Assembly: GCA_015059545.1 (NCBI GenBank)
Contig: SVAG01000006.1
Span: 723-64,722, forward strand
Direction of reading: 5' to 3'
Length of the DNA stretch: 64,000 nucleotides
Source of the DNA: Lactobacillales bacterium
GTDB lineage: Bacteria > Bacillota_I > Bacilli_A > RF39 > UBA660
Below, piece by piece: positions 1 through 8,903 of this stretch. How positions within the stretch are numbered: the first letter of the stretch is position 1; every line of letters begins with the position of its first letter. Position numbers and translations under genes: made by a program. Under the pieces are notes generated by a model. That model searched no databases, had not been told where the DNA came from, and saw nothing but the letters and a program-made list of their open reading frames with translations.

Positions 1-560
1 CTATCTTATACAATAGAAGATAAGGCTGGTAATACTGAAGAATGTTCTAATTTATCAGTAAATGTATATGTAGATAGAACTGCACCAACATGTACATTCA
101 GTAATGAATCAACAAATTGGAGACAATCAGCAACAATAAAAGCAACATGTTCAGATACAAATGGAAGTGGATGTACAACATCAACATCATCAAAATCATG
201 GGCATATACAAGTGGGACAACAACAACAAAAACAGCTTCGTTATCATATACAATAGAAGACAATGTAGGAAATACAAAAACATGTGGTAAAACAGCAAAT
301 GTATATGTAGATAGAACACCACCAACATGTACGTTCAGTAATGAATCAACAAATTGGAGACAATCAGCAACAATAAAAGCAACATGTTCAGATACAAATG
401 GAAGTGGATGTACAACATCAACATCATCAAAATCATGGGCATATACAAATGGGACAACAACAACAAAAACAGCTTCGTTGTCATATACAATAGAAGATAA
501 TGTAGGAAATACAGCAACATGTAAAAAAACAGCAAATGTATATGTAGATAGAACACCACC
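1..560. repeat. Tandem direct repeats of about 237-240 bp, with units starting at about 1, 241 and 478, encoding near-identical 80-aa protein modules
   Basis: Near-identical DNA strings recur at 1, 241 and 478 (ct/ttatc(a/t)tatacaatagaaga...aatgtatatgtagatagaac...). The third unit diverges after about 560. Confidence 0.85.
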
Positions 561-864
561 AACTGTAACTTGTTCAGTTGGATCAGACAATAATTATCAA
601 TCAAATAATGCATTCTTTGCATATTGTACAGATTCGCATAGTGGATGTATAAATAGTATAAATGATGATGCGTATAGTAATTTTGGGCCTATGATTAGTG
701 GATTTGGAGCAACAACATTTACAAATATTAAAAGAGAACCCGATGATATTGGAAAAATTACATGGAGTTGGCCATATTCTGGTAGTGTAACAGTTACAGC
801 TTCTTATTATGATAAAGTAGGAAATAGTTCAACATGTACAGCAACAGTAATAGGAGCGGGATAA
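1..864 (+). CDS. C-terminal part of a large repeat-containing secreted or surface protein; 5' partial, continuing upstream of the window
   Basis: Frame 1 is open from nt 1 to the stop at 862-864. It contains about 80-aa modules (..SYTIEDNVGNT.TC.KTANVYVDRTPPTCTFSNESTNWRQSATIKATCSDTNGSGCTTS..) repeated about 2.3 times, followed by a unique Cys-containing C-terminal domain and then a terminator hairpin. The overlapping minus-strand ORFs are low-complexity artefacts. Confidence 0.55.
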   Translation, partial: LSYTIEDKAGNTEECSNLSVNVYVDRTAPTCTFSNESTNWRQSATIKATCSDTNGSGCTTSTSSKSWAYTSGTTTTKTASLSYTIEDNVGNTKTCGKTANVYVDRTPPTCTFSNESTNWRQSATIKATCSDTNGSGCTTSTSSKSWAYTNGTTTTKTASLSYTIEDNVGNTATCKKTANVYVDRTPPTVTCSVGSDNNYQSNNAFFAYCTDSHSGCINSINDDAYSNFGPMISGFGATTFTNIKREPDDIGKITWSWPYSGSVTVTASYYDKVGNSSTCTATVIGAG

Positions 865-872
865 AATATCTA

Positions 873-900
873 AAAGACTAGAAATCTAGTCTTTTTATTT
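873..900 (+). terminator. Rho-independent terminator
   Basis: aagactag-aaat-ctagtctt hairpin followed by a T-run. Confidence 0.7.
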
Positions 901-944
901 GAATTTAATTCATTTATATTATATAATGTAGATAGGGTGATGGT

Positions 945-1697
945 ATGAAAGCGTTAATTACAGGAGCAAGTTCAGGAATAGGAGCAGATATAGCTAGAGT
1001 ATTAAGTGAAATGGGATATGATTTAATACTAGTTGCTAGAAGAAAAACAAGGTTAAGTAAATTAAAATCAGAATTAGATACAAATGTAGATATAATTAAT
1101 ATGGATATATCAAGTACATTTAATTGCATGGAGCTTTATAATCAAGTAAAAGAAGAAGATATTGAAATACTTGTTAATTGTGCTGGTTTTGGAGTGTTTG
1201 GTGAATTTACAACAACTTCACTAGATAAAGAACTTGATATGATAGATACTAATATAAAAGGATTACATGTATTAACTAAGTTATTTTTACAAGATTTTTC
1301 TAAAAGAAATAGAGGATATATATTAAATGTAGCGTCTTCAGCTGCATTTCAACCGGGTCCTCTAATGGCTAGTTATTATGCTTCAAAGGCTTATGTATTA
1401 AGACTTAGCGAGGCAATATATGGTGAACTAAAAGAAATTAAAAGTAATGTAGGAATATCTGTATTATGTCCAGGACCAGTTGATACAGAATTTAATAAAG
1501 TTGCTAAAGTTAAATTTGCAGTTAAACCATTATCAAGCGAATATGTAGCAAAATATGCAGTAAAGAAAATGTTTAAAAAGAAACTAGTTATAGTTCCTGG
1601 TAAATTGATGAAATTAAATTATACTTTTAATAGATTTATACCAAAGAAATTATTATTAAAAATGAATTATAATATTCAATCAAAAAAGGAAGGTTAG
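945..1697 (+). CDS. SDR-family short-chain dehydrogenase/reductase
   Basis: N-terminal TGASSGIG dinucleotide-binding motif, a YxxxK region (YYASKAY), and about 250 aa. Confidence 0.85.
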   Translation: MKALITGASSGIGADIARVLSEMGYDLILVARRKTRLSKLKSELDTNVDIINMDISSTFNCMELYNQVKEEDIEILVNCAGFGVFGEFTTTSLDKELDMIDTNIKGLHVLTKLFLQDFSKRNRGYILNVASSAAFQPGPLMASYYASKAYVLRLSEAIYGELKEIKSNVGISVLCPGPVDTEFNKVAKVKFAVKPLSSEYVAKYAVKKMFKKKLVIVPGKLMKLNYTFNRFIPKKLLLKMNYNIQSKKEG

Positions 1698-1698
1698 T

Positions 1699-2073
1699 AT
1701 GAATAAAAAAGGATTAACTATTGTAGAATTGCTTGCAGTATTAGTTATAATTGGTTTAATAGCACTTGTTATATTTCCGGTTGTTACTGATAATATAACT
1801 GGTTCTCAAAAAAAATCACAGGAAATACAAAAAGCAAGTATAAAGGAAGCTGCAGAATCATATGTTGCTGAAAATATTGGAAAAACAATAAATTTTACTG
1901 AAGCAGATAATAAAGAAGAAATAAACTTAAATACTTTAATAGAAGAAGGATATTTAAAAGGAAATTATAATAATCCTCAAACTGGAAAAGAGTATGATTT
2001 AGAAACTTCAAAAGTAACTGTAACAAAAGATAATAATAGTTATAGTTATGATGTAGTATTAAATACAAAATAA
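1699..2073 (+). CDS. Prepilin-type N-terminal cleavage/methylation-domain protein, a ComGC/type IV pilin-like pseudopilin
   Basis: MNKKGLTIVELLAVLVIIGLIAL. This is the G|LTIVE class-III signal with Glu at +5, followed by a hydrophobic helix and a 124-aa soluble tail. Confidence 0.7.
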   Translation: MNKKGLTIVELLAVLVIIGLIALVIFPVVTDNITGSQKKSQEIQKASIKEAAESYVAENIGKTINFTEADNKEEINLNTLIEEGYLKGNYNNPQTGKEYDLETSKVTVTKDNNSYSYDVVLNTK

Positions 2074-2075
2074 AA

Positions 2076-2104
2076 TACCATAATTAAATGGTATTTTTAT
2101 TTTA
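2076..2104 (+). terminator. Rho-independent terminator
   Basis: ataccat-aattaa-atggtat hairpin followed by a T-run. Confidence 0.7.
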
Positions 2105-2156
2105 ATAATTGTAAAAAATAATGAAATATATTATAATATACTCTATGGGTGGTTAT

Positions 2157-2948
2157 ATGGATAATATTATTAAAATAAATGATCTTAACTTTAAATATAA
2201 AGATAAAATAATATTTGAAGATTTAAATTTAAATATTAAAAGAAATACTTTTACAACTATTATAGGATCAAATAATTGTGGAAAAAGTACTCTATGTAAA
2301 ATAATATTAGGAATTATAAAAACTGATTCAGAAATTATGATTGATGATATTAATTTGAATGATAAAAATATCAAAAAAATACGTAAAGTAATAGGTTATA
2401 TTCCGAATAATATATCTGATTCTATAATTATGGATACAGTAGAAGAAGAAATAATATCATCAGTTTCTAAATACAAAAAACAAGATTTAGAAGAATTAAT
2501 AAATAAATTTAATTTTAGTCATTTATTAAAAAGAAATCCAAAAACACTAAGTGGTGGAGAACAACAATTAATGTGTATAATTTCTAATTTATTAAAACAC
2601 CCAAAAATATTAATATTTGATAAATCATTTTCTATGTTGGATAATCTTATTAAAGATAAAATATTAAAAATGATGAAAAAAATATCAAAAGAAGAAAATA
2701 TAACAATTATTAATTTTACTAATGATACAGAAGATGTTGTTTATGGAGATAATATAGTTATTATAGATAATAATAAAATATTAATAAATGAAAAAAAAGA
2801 AATATTATTAAATGATGAAAAATTATTTAAAAGTTTAAATTTAAAACTTCCTTTTATGGCTGATTTATCAAAAAAACTTAGTTATTATAATCTTGTTAAT
2901 ACTTTAGAATTAGATATGACTAGAATGGTGAATAAAATATGGAAATAA
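2157..2948 (+). CDS. ecfA1: Energy-coupling-factor (ECF) transporter ATPase subunit EcfA1
   Basis: Walker A GSNNCGKSTL and ABC signature LSGGEQQ. It is the first of two tandem ABC ATPases upstream of ecfT-truA-rplM-rpsI. An ATG at 2121 is an alternative start without an RBS. GGTGG precedes 2157. Confidence 0.75.
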   Translation: MDNIIKINDLNFKYKDKIIFEDLNLNIKRNTFTTIIGSNNCGKSTLCKIILGIIKTDSEIMIDDINLNDKNIKKIRKVIGYIPNNISDSIIMDTVEEEIISSVSKYKKQDLEELINKFNFSHLLKRNPKTLSGGEQQLMCIISNLLKHPKILIFDKSFSMLDNLIKDKILKMMKKISKEENITIINFTNDTEDVVYGDNIVIIDNNKILINEKKEILLNDEKLFKSLNLKLPFMADLSKKLSYYNLVNTLELDMTRMVNKIWK

Positions 2949-3748
2949 CAATAGAAAATCTATATTTTAAATATCCAGAACAAGATTATATATTAAGTAA
3001 TGTTAATTTGATAATTAAATCAAATATAATAACAGGTATTATAGGACCAAATGGAAGTGGAAAAACAACATTAATAGAAATAATAGATGGATTATTAAAA
3101 CCAGTAAAAGGTATAGTTAAATACAATAAAGTGGAAAAAATAAATCCTAAAGATATTGGATATATATTTCAAAATTCTAAGAATCAATTCTTTTCTAAAA
3201 CAGTAAAAGAAGAATTAGAATTAGGAGCTAAAATTAATAATTATAAATTAGATGTTTTAGATAAAAGAGTATTAGATGTATTAAAAATAGTTAAATTAGA
3301 TAAAGAAATATTAGATAAAAATCCTTTAACTTTAAGTAATAGTGAAGCTAAAAAGATTGCTATCGCATCTATTCTTATGTATAATCCAAAACTAATAATA
3401 TTAGATGAACCAACATTGAATTTAGATGATAAGTCTAAAGATGAATTTATCAAACTTATAAAAATGTTAAAAAATAGATATAATAAGACAATAATAATAA
3501 TATCACATGATATAGATTTATTGCATAAAATAGTTGATAATGTAGTTTTATTAAATGAAGGAAAAATAGTATTAGAAGGTAATAAATATGATGTATTTAA
3601 AGATTCAAAAACATTGAAAAAATATGGATTATTACCTCCTAAAGTAATTATGTTTTCAAATAAAGTATTAAATAAAAAAGGTATTAAATTAGGTTATAGA
3701 GATGAAATAAATGATTTAATAAAGGATATATATAGAAATGTTTACTAA
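2939..3748 (+). CDS. ecfA2: ECF transporter ATPase subunit EcfA2
   Basis: Walker A GPNGSGKTTL. It is the second ABC ATPase and overlaps the ecfA1 stop. Synteny is conserved. Confidence 0.8.
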   Translation: MEITIENLYFKYPEQDYILSNVNLIIKSNIITGIIGPNGSGKTTLIEIIDGLLKPVKGIVKYNKVEKINPKDIGYIFQNSKNQFFSKTVKEELELGAKINNYKLDVLDKRVLDVLKIVKLDKEILDKNPLTLSNSEAKKIAIASILMYNPKLIILDEPTLNLDDKSKDEFIKLIKMLKNRYNKTIIIISHDIDLLHKIVDNVVLLNEGKIVLEGNKYDVFKDSKTLKKYGLLPPKVIMFSNKVLNKKGIKLGYRDEINDLIKDIYRNVY

Positions 3749-4475
3749 TATAACAATAGGAAAATATATATATAAAGAATCAATCATACATAAAATTCAT
3801 CCTATAATTAAAATAATAATGTTATTATTTATTATCTTTTTATCATTAATATCAAGTTATAAAGAAAATATTATTTTATTAGCATATGTATTATTAATTT
3901 CAATATTAACAAAAATAAATATAAAAACATATTTAAAAAATATATATGGATTAAGATATCTTATAATATCAATATTATTTATTAATTTAATATTTAATGT
4001 TAGTGTTTTAAATAGTATAAATTCTATAGAAAAATTAATTATCATATTTATATATTCATCAATATTGATGTATACAACAACTATAAATGAAATTAATTTA
4101 GCATTCAATAAATTATTATCACCATTAAAAAGATTAACTTTTGATGTAGATAATATAAGTTTAATACTAACTATTTCAATTAAATTTATAACAACTATAT
4201 TTGAAGAAGTAGATATATTATTTAAAGCTTTTAAAAGTAGAGGATATAAATTTAATGGAAGTGTTAAAGATAGAATAAATAAAGTTAAAAACTTTTTAAG
4301 TACATTATTTTATTTATTACTTAAAAAATCAGATGATATAGGAACTATATTAGAAATAAAAAATTATAATTTAAAAAAGATAGTTAAAAGAAATAAAAGA
4401 AAAATTAAAATAAAAGAGTATTTAATATTAGTTATAAATATAATTTTATTAATTATTATTAAGAAGGTGGTTTAA
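3738..4475 (+). CDS. ecfT: ECF transporter transmembrane subunit EcfT
   Basis: A polytopic hydrophobic protein of 245 aa immediately downstream of ecfA1/ecfA2, in the conserved Firmicute gene order. Confidence 0.7.
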   Translation: MFTNITIGKYIYKESIIHKIHPIIKIIMLLFIIFLSLISSYKENIILLAYVLLISILTKINIKTYLKNIYGLRYLIISILFINLIFNVSVLNSINSIEKLIIIFIYSSILMYTTTINEINLAFNKLLSPLKRLTFDVDNISLILTISIKFITTIFEEVDILFKAFKSRGYKFNGSVKDRINKVKNFLSTLFYLLLKKSDDIGTILEIKNYNLKKIVKRNKRKIKIKEYLILVINIILLIIIKKVV

Positions 4476-5209
4476 TGCGTTATTTAATGACTTTTTCATA
4501 TGATGGTACTAATTATAATGGTTATCAAAAACAACCAAATAAAAATACAGTACAAGATCAAATAGAAGGTGCTTTATTAAAAATATTTAGTAAAGAAATA
4601 TCTATTCATGCATCTGGAAGAACAGATGCTAAAGTACATGCATTAAATCAAAAAGCTCACTTCGATTTAGAAAAAGAAATAGATTTATATAAATTAAAAA
4701 AATCAATTAATAGTTTAATAAATGATGATATTTATATAAAAGAAATAGAAAAAGTAAATGATGACTTTCATGCAAGATTTAATGTTGTAGAAAAAACATA
4801 TATTTATAAACTAAATGTAGGTAGTTATGATCCTATTAATAGGAATTATATATATCAGTATAATAAAGAACTTGATATAGAATCTATTAAGAAAGCAATT
4901 AAATATTTAATAGGTACACATAATTTTAAATCATTTACTAAAACAGATATTGAAAAAGATGATTATATTAGAACTATATATAGTATAGATTTATTAAAAG
5001 AAGATAATTTATTAACTTTTACATTTAAAGGAAATGGCTTTTTAAGATATATGGTTAGAAATATTGTTGGTACTTTAATACAAGTTGGAGAAAATAAATT
5101 AAAATCTGATGATATTTTACATATAATTGAAAGTGAAGATAGAAAAGAAGCAGGAAAAACTGCTAATCCAGAAGGATTATATTTAAAAGATGTAAAATAT
5201 AATAATTAA
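4475..5209 (+). CDS. truA: tRNA pseudouridine(38-40) synthase TruA
   Basis: MRY..FSYDGTNYNGYQKQPN N-terminus, a GRTDAKVHA catalytic-Asp motif, and a position between ecfT and rplM. Confidence 0.85.
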   Translation: MRYLMTFSYDGTNYNGYQKQPNKNTVQDQIEGALLKIFSKEISIHASGRTDAKVHALNQKAHFDLEKEIDLYKLKKSINSLINDDIYIKEIEKVNDDFHARFNVVEKTYIYKLNVGSYDPINRNYIYQYNKELDIESIKKAIKYLIGTHNFKSFTKTDIEKDDYIRTIYSIDLLKEDNLLTFTFKGNGFLRYMVRNIVGTLIQVGENKLKSDDILHIIESEDRKEAGKTANPEGLYLKDVKYNN

Positions 5210-5222
5210 ATATAATAAATTA

Positions 5223-5251
5223 TTGACTTTTTGCTTATTTTTTAATATAAT
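5223..5251 (+). promoter_or_regulatory. Consensus sigma-A promoter (TTGACT, 17 nt, TATAAT) for rplM-rpsI
   Basis: TTGACT at 5223-5228, a 17-nt spacer, and TATAAT at 5246-5251. Confidence 0.7.
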
Positions 5252-5336
5252 TTTAATTGGTACATTTTATTAATCCCATGAGAAATGGTTGTTGGGACCA
5301 ACCGTTTCAAAATCTATTAAAGGAGAGGGAAAAATT
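5252..5336 (+). ncRNA. Possible ribosomal protein L13 leader, an autoregulatory 5'UTR structure
   Basis: An 85-nt leader between the promoter and rplM with a ggttgttgggaccaacc hairpin. L13 leader elements are known upstream of rplM in Firmicutes. Confidence 0.35.
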
Positions 5337-5768
5337 ATGAAAAATACATATATGCAAAAAAAAGAAGAAATCGTTCGTAACTGGTATGTAATTGATGCAG
5401 AAGGAATGCCACTTGGACGTGTTGCTAGTAAAGCAGCTCATATCTTAAGAGGGAAAAATAAACCTACATTTACACCACATGTTGATTGTGGAGACAATGT
5501 AATTATAATCAATGCATCAAAAGTAGTTCTTACAGGTAATAAATTAAATGATAAAATTTATTACAACCATAGTGGATACACTGGTGGATTAAGAGAAAGA
5601 ACTGCAAAAGTTATGAAAGAAAATTATCCAGTTGAGATGATGGAAAGAGCAGTTAAAGGAATGTTACCAAAAGGAAGACTTGGACGTCAAATGTATAGAA
5701 AGTTATTTGTGTATGCTGGAGAAACTCATCCACATGCAGCTCAACAACCTGTTGAGTTAACTAAATAA
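5337..5768 (+). CDS. rplM: 50S ribosomal protein L13
   Basis: [23 protein letters not shown]...; GGAGAGGG RBS 7 nt upstream. The ORF-track start at 5289 is an in-frame upstream extension. Confidence 0.9.
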   Translation: MKNTYMQKKEEIVRNWYVIDAEGMPLGRVASKAAHILRGKNKPTFTPHVDCGDNVIIINASKVVLTGNKLNDKIYYNHSGYTGGLRERTAKVMKENYPVEMMERAVKGMLPKGRLGRQMYRKLFVYAGETHPHAAQQPVELTK

Positions 5769-5780
5769 GGAGGAATTTAA

Positions 5781-6197
5781 ATGGCAGATAAAAAAGTTTA
5801 TATTGGAACTGGAAGAAGAAAATCATCTGTAGCACAAGTTAGAATGGTTTCTGGAAAAGGAAAAATAACTGTTAATGGTAGAGATGTTAGAGATTTCTTC
5901 CCATATGAAACTAATGTAATGGATTTAATGCAACCTCTAGTATTAACTTCTACAGACGAAATGTTTGATATTGACGTTAAAGTAAATGGTGGAGGATTCA
6001 CTGGTCAAACTGGTGCTATCCGTTTAGGTATTACAAGAGCTTTACTTGAATATGATAAACCAAATGAAGGTAATGAAGGATGTTTCAGATCAGTTCTTAA
6101 AAGAGCTGGATTCGTAACTCGTGATTCAAGAAGTAAAGAACGTAAAAAACCAGGACTTAAAGCAGCTCGTAGAGCTCCACAATTCTCAAAAAGATAA
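5781..6197 (+). CDS. rpsI: 30S ribosomal protein S9
   Basis: Ends ...[14 protein letters not shown], the canonical S9 C-terminus. AGGAGG RBS. Confidence 0.92.
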   Translation: MADKKVYIGTGRRKSSVAQVRMVSGKGKITVNGRDVRDFFPYETNVMDLMQPLVLTSTDEMFDIDVKVNGGGFTGQTGAIRLGITRALLEYDKPNEGNEGCFRSVLKRAGFVTRDSRSKERKKPGLKAARRAPQFSKR

Positions 6198-6211
6198 TAT
6201 ATGTATTAAAG

Positions 6212-6240
6212 GATATAACTTTGTTATATCTTTTTTTGTT
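6212..6240 (+). terminator. Rho-independent terminator after rpsI
   Basis: gatataac-tttg-ttatatc hairpin followed by a T7 run. Confidence 0.75.
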
Positions 6241-6272
6241 TTATGTTATAATTAATCATAGGAAGTGATAAT

Positions 6273-6626
6273 ATGGAAATAAAAAAAATAACAGAAATAA
6301 TAAATGAATGTGATTTATTATTTGATACTTTATCAAATGAAGAATTAACGACTTGGAATTTTCTAAAGGAAGTTAACAATATAGTTTCAAAATACAAGGG
6401 AATAGATTGTTTAACTAATTTTAATTTTGCTAACGGAAATATAATTCAATGTATGTGTATTATTACTGATTGGCAACCCGGGGCACTAGTGTTTCAATCA
6501 GATAACGGTGACATCCCAATGATGCGTTTAGTATATCCTGAGGAATATGTTGAATTTATGAATAAAATACAACCTATATTTGATTCTGATTATCCTGATA
6601 TACCTGAAGATCAAAAGGAAGAATAA
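6273..6626 (+). CDS. Hypothetical protein (117 aa)
   Basis: ORF with an upstream AGGAAGTGATA RBS. No recognisable motif. Confidence 0.45.
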   Translation: MEIKKITEIINECDLLFDTLSNEELTTWNFLKEVNNIVSKYKGIDCLTNFNFANGNIIQCMCIITDWQPGALVFQSDNGDIPMMRLVYPEEYVEFMNKIQPIFDSDYPDIPEDQKEE

Positions 6627-6701
6627 AATAGTTATTTATCTTAAATTCAGTTATTAGATATAAAATTTTTAATATTATAATGAATTATAGGAAGTGATAA
6701 A

Positions 6702-7220
6702 ATGAATAATTATAATACTAAACTACAATCAGAAAATATTGATTATGTTGAAGTAAATGAAAATCTAATTGATGATTATCTTTTAATGGTAAATAATGAA
6801 GAAATTCAAAAACAAATTTCTACTAAAAGAAGAATTTATACATATGAAGATGAATTAAATTGGGTTAAACAAAAGAAAGAAGAAAATGCAGTTATATTTT
6901 CTATGATTGAAAGACAAAGTGGTAAATTTATAGGTAATGTTGAATTTATGGAAATAAATAATGGAGAAGCAGAAATAGGTATTACAATAACACCATTTTA
7001 TCAAAATAAGCATTATGGAACAGAAGCAATGAAAACAATAATTGATTATGGATTTAATGTAATGAATTTAGAAAAAATAAATTTAGTTGTTTTTTCTAAT
7101 AATAAAAGAGCAATACATTGTTATAAAAATTTAGGTTTTATAGAATATGATGTTGAAAAAAACGTAGCAGTTATTGATAATGAATCAATAGATGATATAT
7201 ACATGACATTAAAAAGATAA
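6702..7220 (+). CDS. GNAT-family N-acetyltransferase, RimJ/RimL-like
   Basis: 172 aa with an acetyl-CoA binding-type segment (..INLVVFSNNKRAIHCYKNLGF..). The RBS is identical to that of the upstream gene. Confidence 0.6.
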   Translation: MNNYNTKLQSENIDYVEVNENLIDDYLLMVNNEEIQKQISTKRRIYTYEDELNWVKQKKEENAVIFSMIERQSGKFIGNVEFMEINNGEAEIGITITPFYQNKHYGTEAMKTIIDYGFNVMNLEKINLVVFSNNKRAIHCYKNLGFIEYDVEKNVAVIDNESIDDIYMTLKR

Positions 7221-7223
7221 TTA

Positions 7224-7255
7224 AAGATATAATATTAACTATTATATCTTTTTTA
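7224..7255 (+). terminator. Rho-independent terminator
   Basis: aagatataat / attatatctt hairpin followed by a T-run. Confidence 0.65.
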
Positions 7256-7279
7256 TGTTATAATTAGTTAGGTGGTTAT

Positions 7280-8146
7280 ATGAAAATTAGTAATGAATGG
7301 ATTGATTATAAAATAATAGATGCTGGAAATAAAGAAAAATTAGAAACATGGAAAAATGTTACTTTAAGAAGACCAGATCCTCAAGCTTTATGGCCAATAG
7401 ATTTTGATAATAAGTGGAAAAATATTGATGCTTTTTATCATAGAAGTAATAAAGGTGGAGGTAGTTGGGAATTTAAAAATAAATTACCTGAATATTGGAC
7501 AATAAATTATAAAGAATTAACATTTAAAGTAAGTCCTACTAATTTTAAACATACAGGTTTATTTCCAGAACAAGCAGCAAATTGGGATTATATGATAGAT
7601 AAAATTAAAAATTCAAATAGAAAAATAAATGTGCTTAATCTATTTGCATATACAGGTGCAGCTACTATGGCATGCTCTTATGCAGGAGCAGATGTTGTTC
7701 ACGTTGATTCAGCACGCGGTATGGTTGAATGGGCAAAGGAAAATATGAAATTATCTCATTTAGAAAATAATAAAATTAGATTTATAGTAGATGATTGTTT
7801 AAAATTTGTTTTAAGAGAAAAAAGAAGAGGAAATAAATATGATGCTATTATAATGGATCCACCTTCTTTTGGAAGAGGACCTAGTGGTGAAGTATGGAAA
7901 TTTGAAGATAAAATAATTGAACTTATAGAAGCATGTACGGATATTTTAAGTGATAAACCTTTATTCTTTCAAGTAAATTCATATACAACAGGATTTTCTA
8001 AAACAGTACTTGAAAATGTACTTAAAACTACATTATTAAAAAAATATAAAAGTGGAAGAGTTGAATGTGATGAAATAGGTCTTCCAATTGAAAATAGTGA
8101 TCTTGTTTTACCATGTGGAATATATGGTAGATGGGAAAGTAAATAA
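7280..8146 (+). CDS. Class I SAM-dependent methyltransferase, RlmI/YbaJ-like
   Basis: LNLFAYTGAATMA (motif I-like) and IIMDPPSFGRG (DPPxF motif IV). It occupies the ybaJ position between rpsI and cwlD, as in Bacillus. Confidence 0.6.
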   Translation: MKISNEWIDYKIIDAGNKEKLETWKNVTLRRPDPQALWPIDFDNKWKNIDAFYHRSNKGGGSWEFKNKLPEYWTINYKELTFKVSPTNFKHTGLFPEQAANWDYMIDKIKNSNRKINVLNLFAYTGAATMACSYAGADVVHVDSARGMVEWAKENMKLSHLENNKIRFIVDDCLKFVLREKRRGNKYDAIIMDPPSFGRGPSGEVWKFEDKIIELIEACTDILSDKPLFFQVNSYTTGFSKTVLENVLKTTLLKKYKSGRVECDEIGLPIENSDLVLPCGIYGRWESK

Positions 8147-8177
8147 TATTAAAACATATATTTTATTAGGTGATAAA

Positions 8178-8837
8178 ATGCTTAAATATAAAATATATGT
8201 TTTTTTATTTTTTATAATAGGGGCTCTTAGTATAAATATAGCTTATGCTAGTAACAATAATTTAGAATTGTTTGGTAAAGTAATATATTTAGATGCTGGA
8301 CATGGAGGAGTTGATTCAGGAGCTACTTATAAAAATATAAAAGAAAAAGATATTAATTTAGAAATATGTTTGAAATTAGAAGAAGAATTAACTAAAAGAG
8401 GAGCAATTGTATATCAAACAAGATATGGTGATTATGATTTATCTCTTCCAAATACTATTAATAGAAAAAGAAGTGATTTATCAAGAAGAAGTAATGTTAT
8501 AAACAGAGCTAATCCTGATTTATTTATATCAATTCATTTAAATGCAGAATCAACTGGTATTTGGAGAGGACCTCAAGTATTTTATAATGACAATAATGAA
8601 GATAATGAAATTATTGCTAAATTATTTCAAAAAGAATTAAATAAATCATTAAAGGGTAATAGAGATTATAAAAAAGATAATGGTTTATATTTACAAAAAA
8701 GAGTAAAAGTACCAGGTGTATTAATAGAAGTAGGTTTTTTAAGTAATAATAATGATAGATATTTACTTAAAAATAAAGAATATCAAACTAAAGTATCTAG
8801 AATTATTACTAATAGTATAATCTATTATTTTAAATAG
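8178..8837 (+). CDS. cwlD: Germination-specific N-acetylmuramoyl-L-alanine amidase CwlD (Amidase_3)
   Basis: LDAGHGGVDSGA amidase_3 motif, an N-terminal TM helix, about 220 aa, and the conserved rpsI-(ybaJ)-cwlD synteny. The ORF-track start at 8088 is an upstream extension. AGGTGA precedes 8178. Confidence 0.75.
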   Translation: MLKYKIYVFLFFIIGALSINIAYASNNNLELFGKVIYLDAGHGGVDSGATYKNIKEKDINLEICLKLEEELTKRGAIVYQTRYGDYDLSLPNTINRKRSDLSRRSNVINRANPDLFISIHLNAESTGIWRGPQVFYNDNNEDNEIIAKLFQKELNKSLKGNRDYKKDNGLYLQKRVKVPGVLIEVGFLSNNNDRYLLKNKEYQTKVSRIITNSIIYYFK

Positions 8838-8903
8838 AAATTCATAAAAACTTCACAAATTAAAAATATATTATGTTATAATGTTTATAGTAGGAGGTTT
8901 TAT

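Noticed and set aside
6-622. Minus-strand ORFs 6..590, 98..328 and 335..622
   Set aside because: They lie antisense to the open + frame of the repeat-containing surface-protein gene. They are low-complexity and repeat-driven, with no RBS, and are artefacts of the tandem repeat.
914-1129. ORF 914..1129(-)
   Set aside because: It is antisense to the SDR gene start.
2153-6001. ORFs 2153..2374(-), 3241..3453(-), 3857..4108(-) and 5798..6001(-)
   Set aside because: They are antisense inside the ecfA1, ecfA2, ecfT and rpsI genes.
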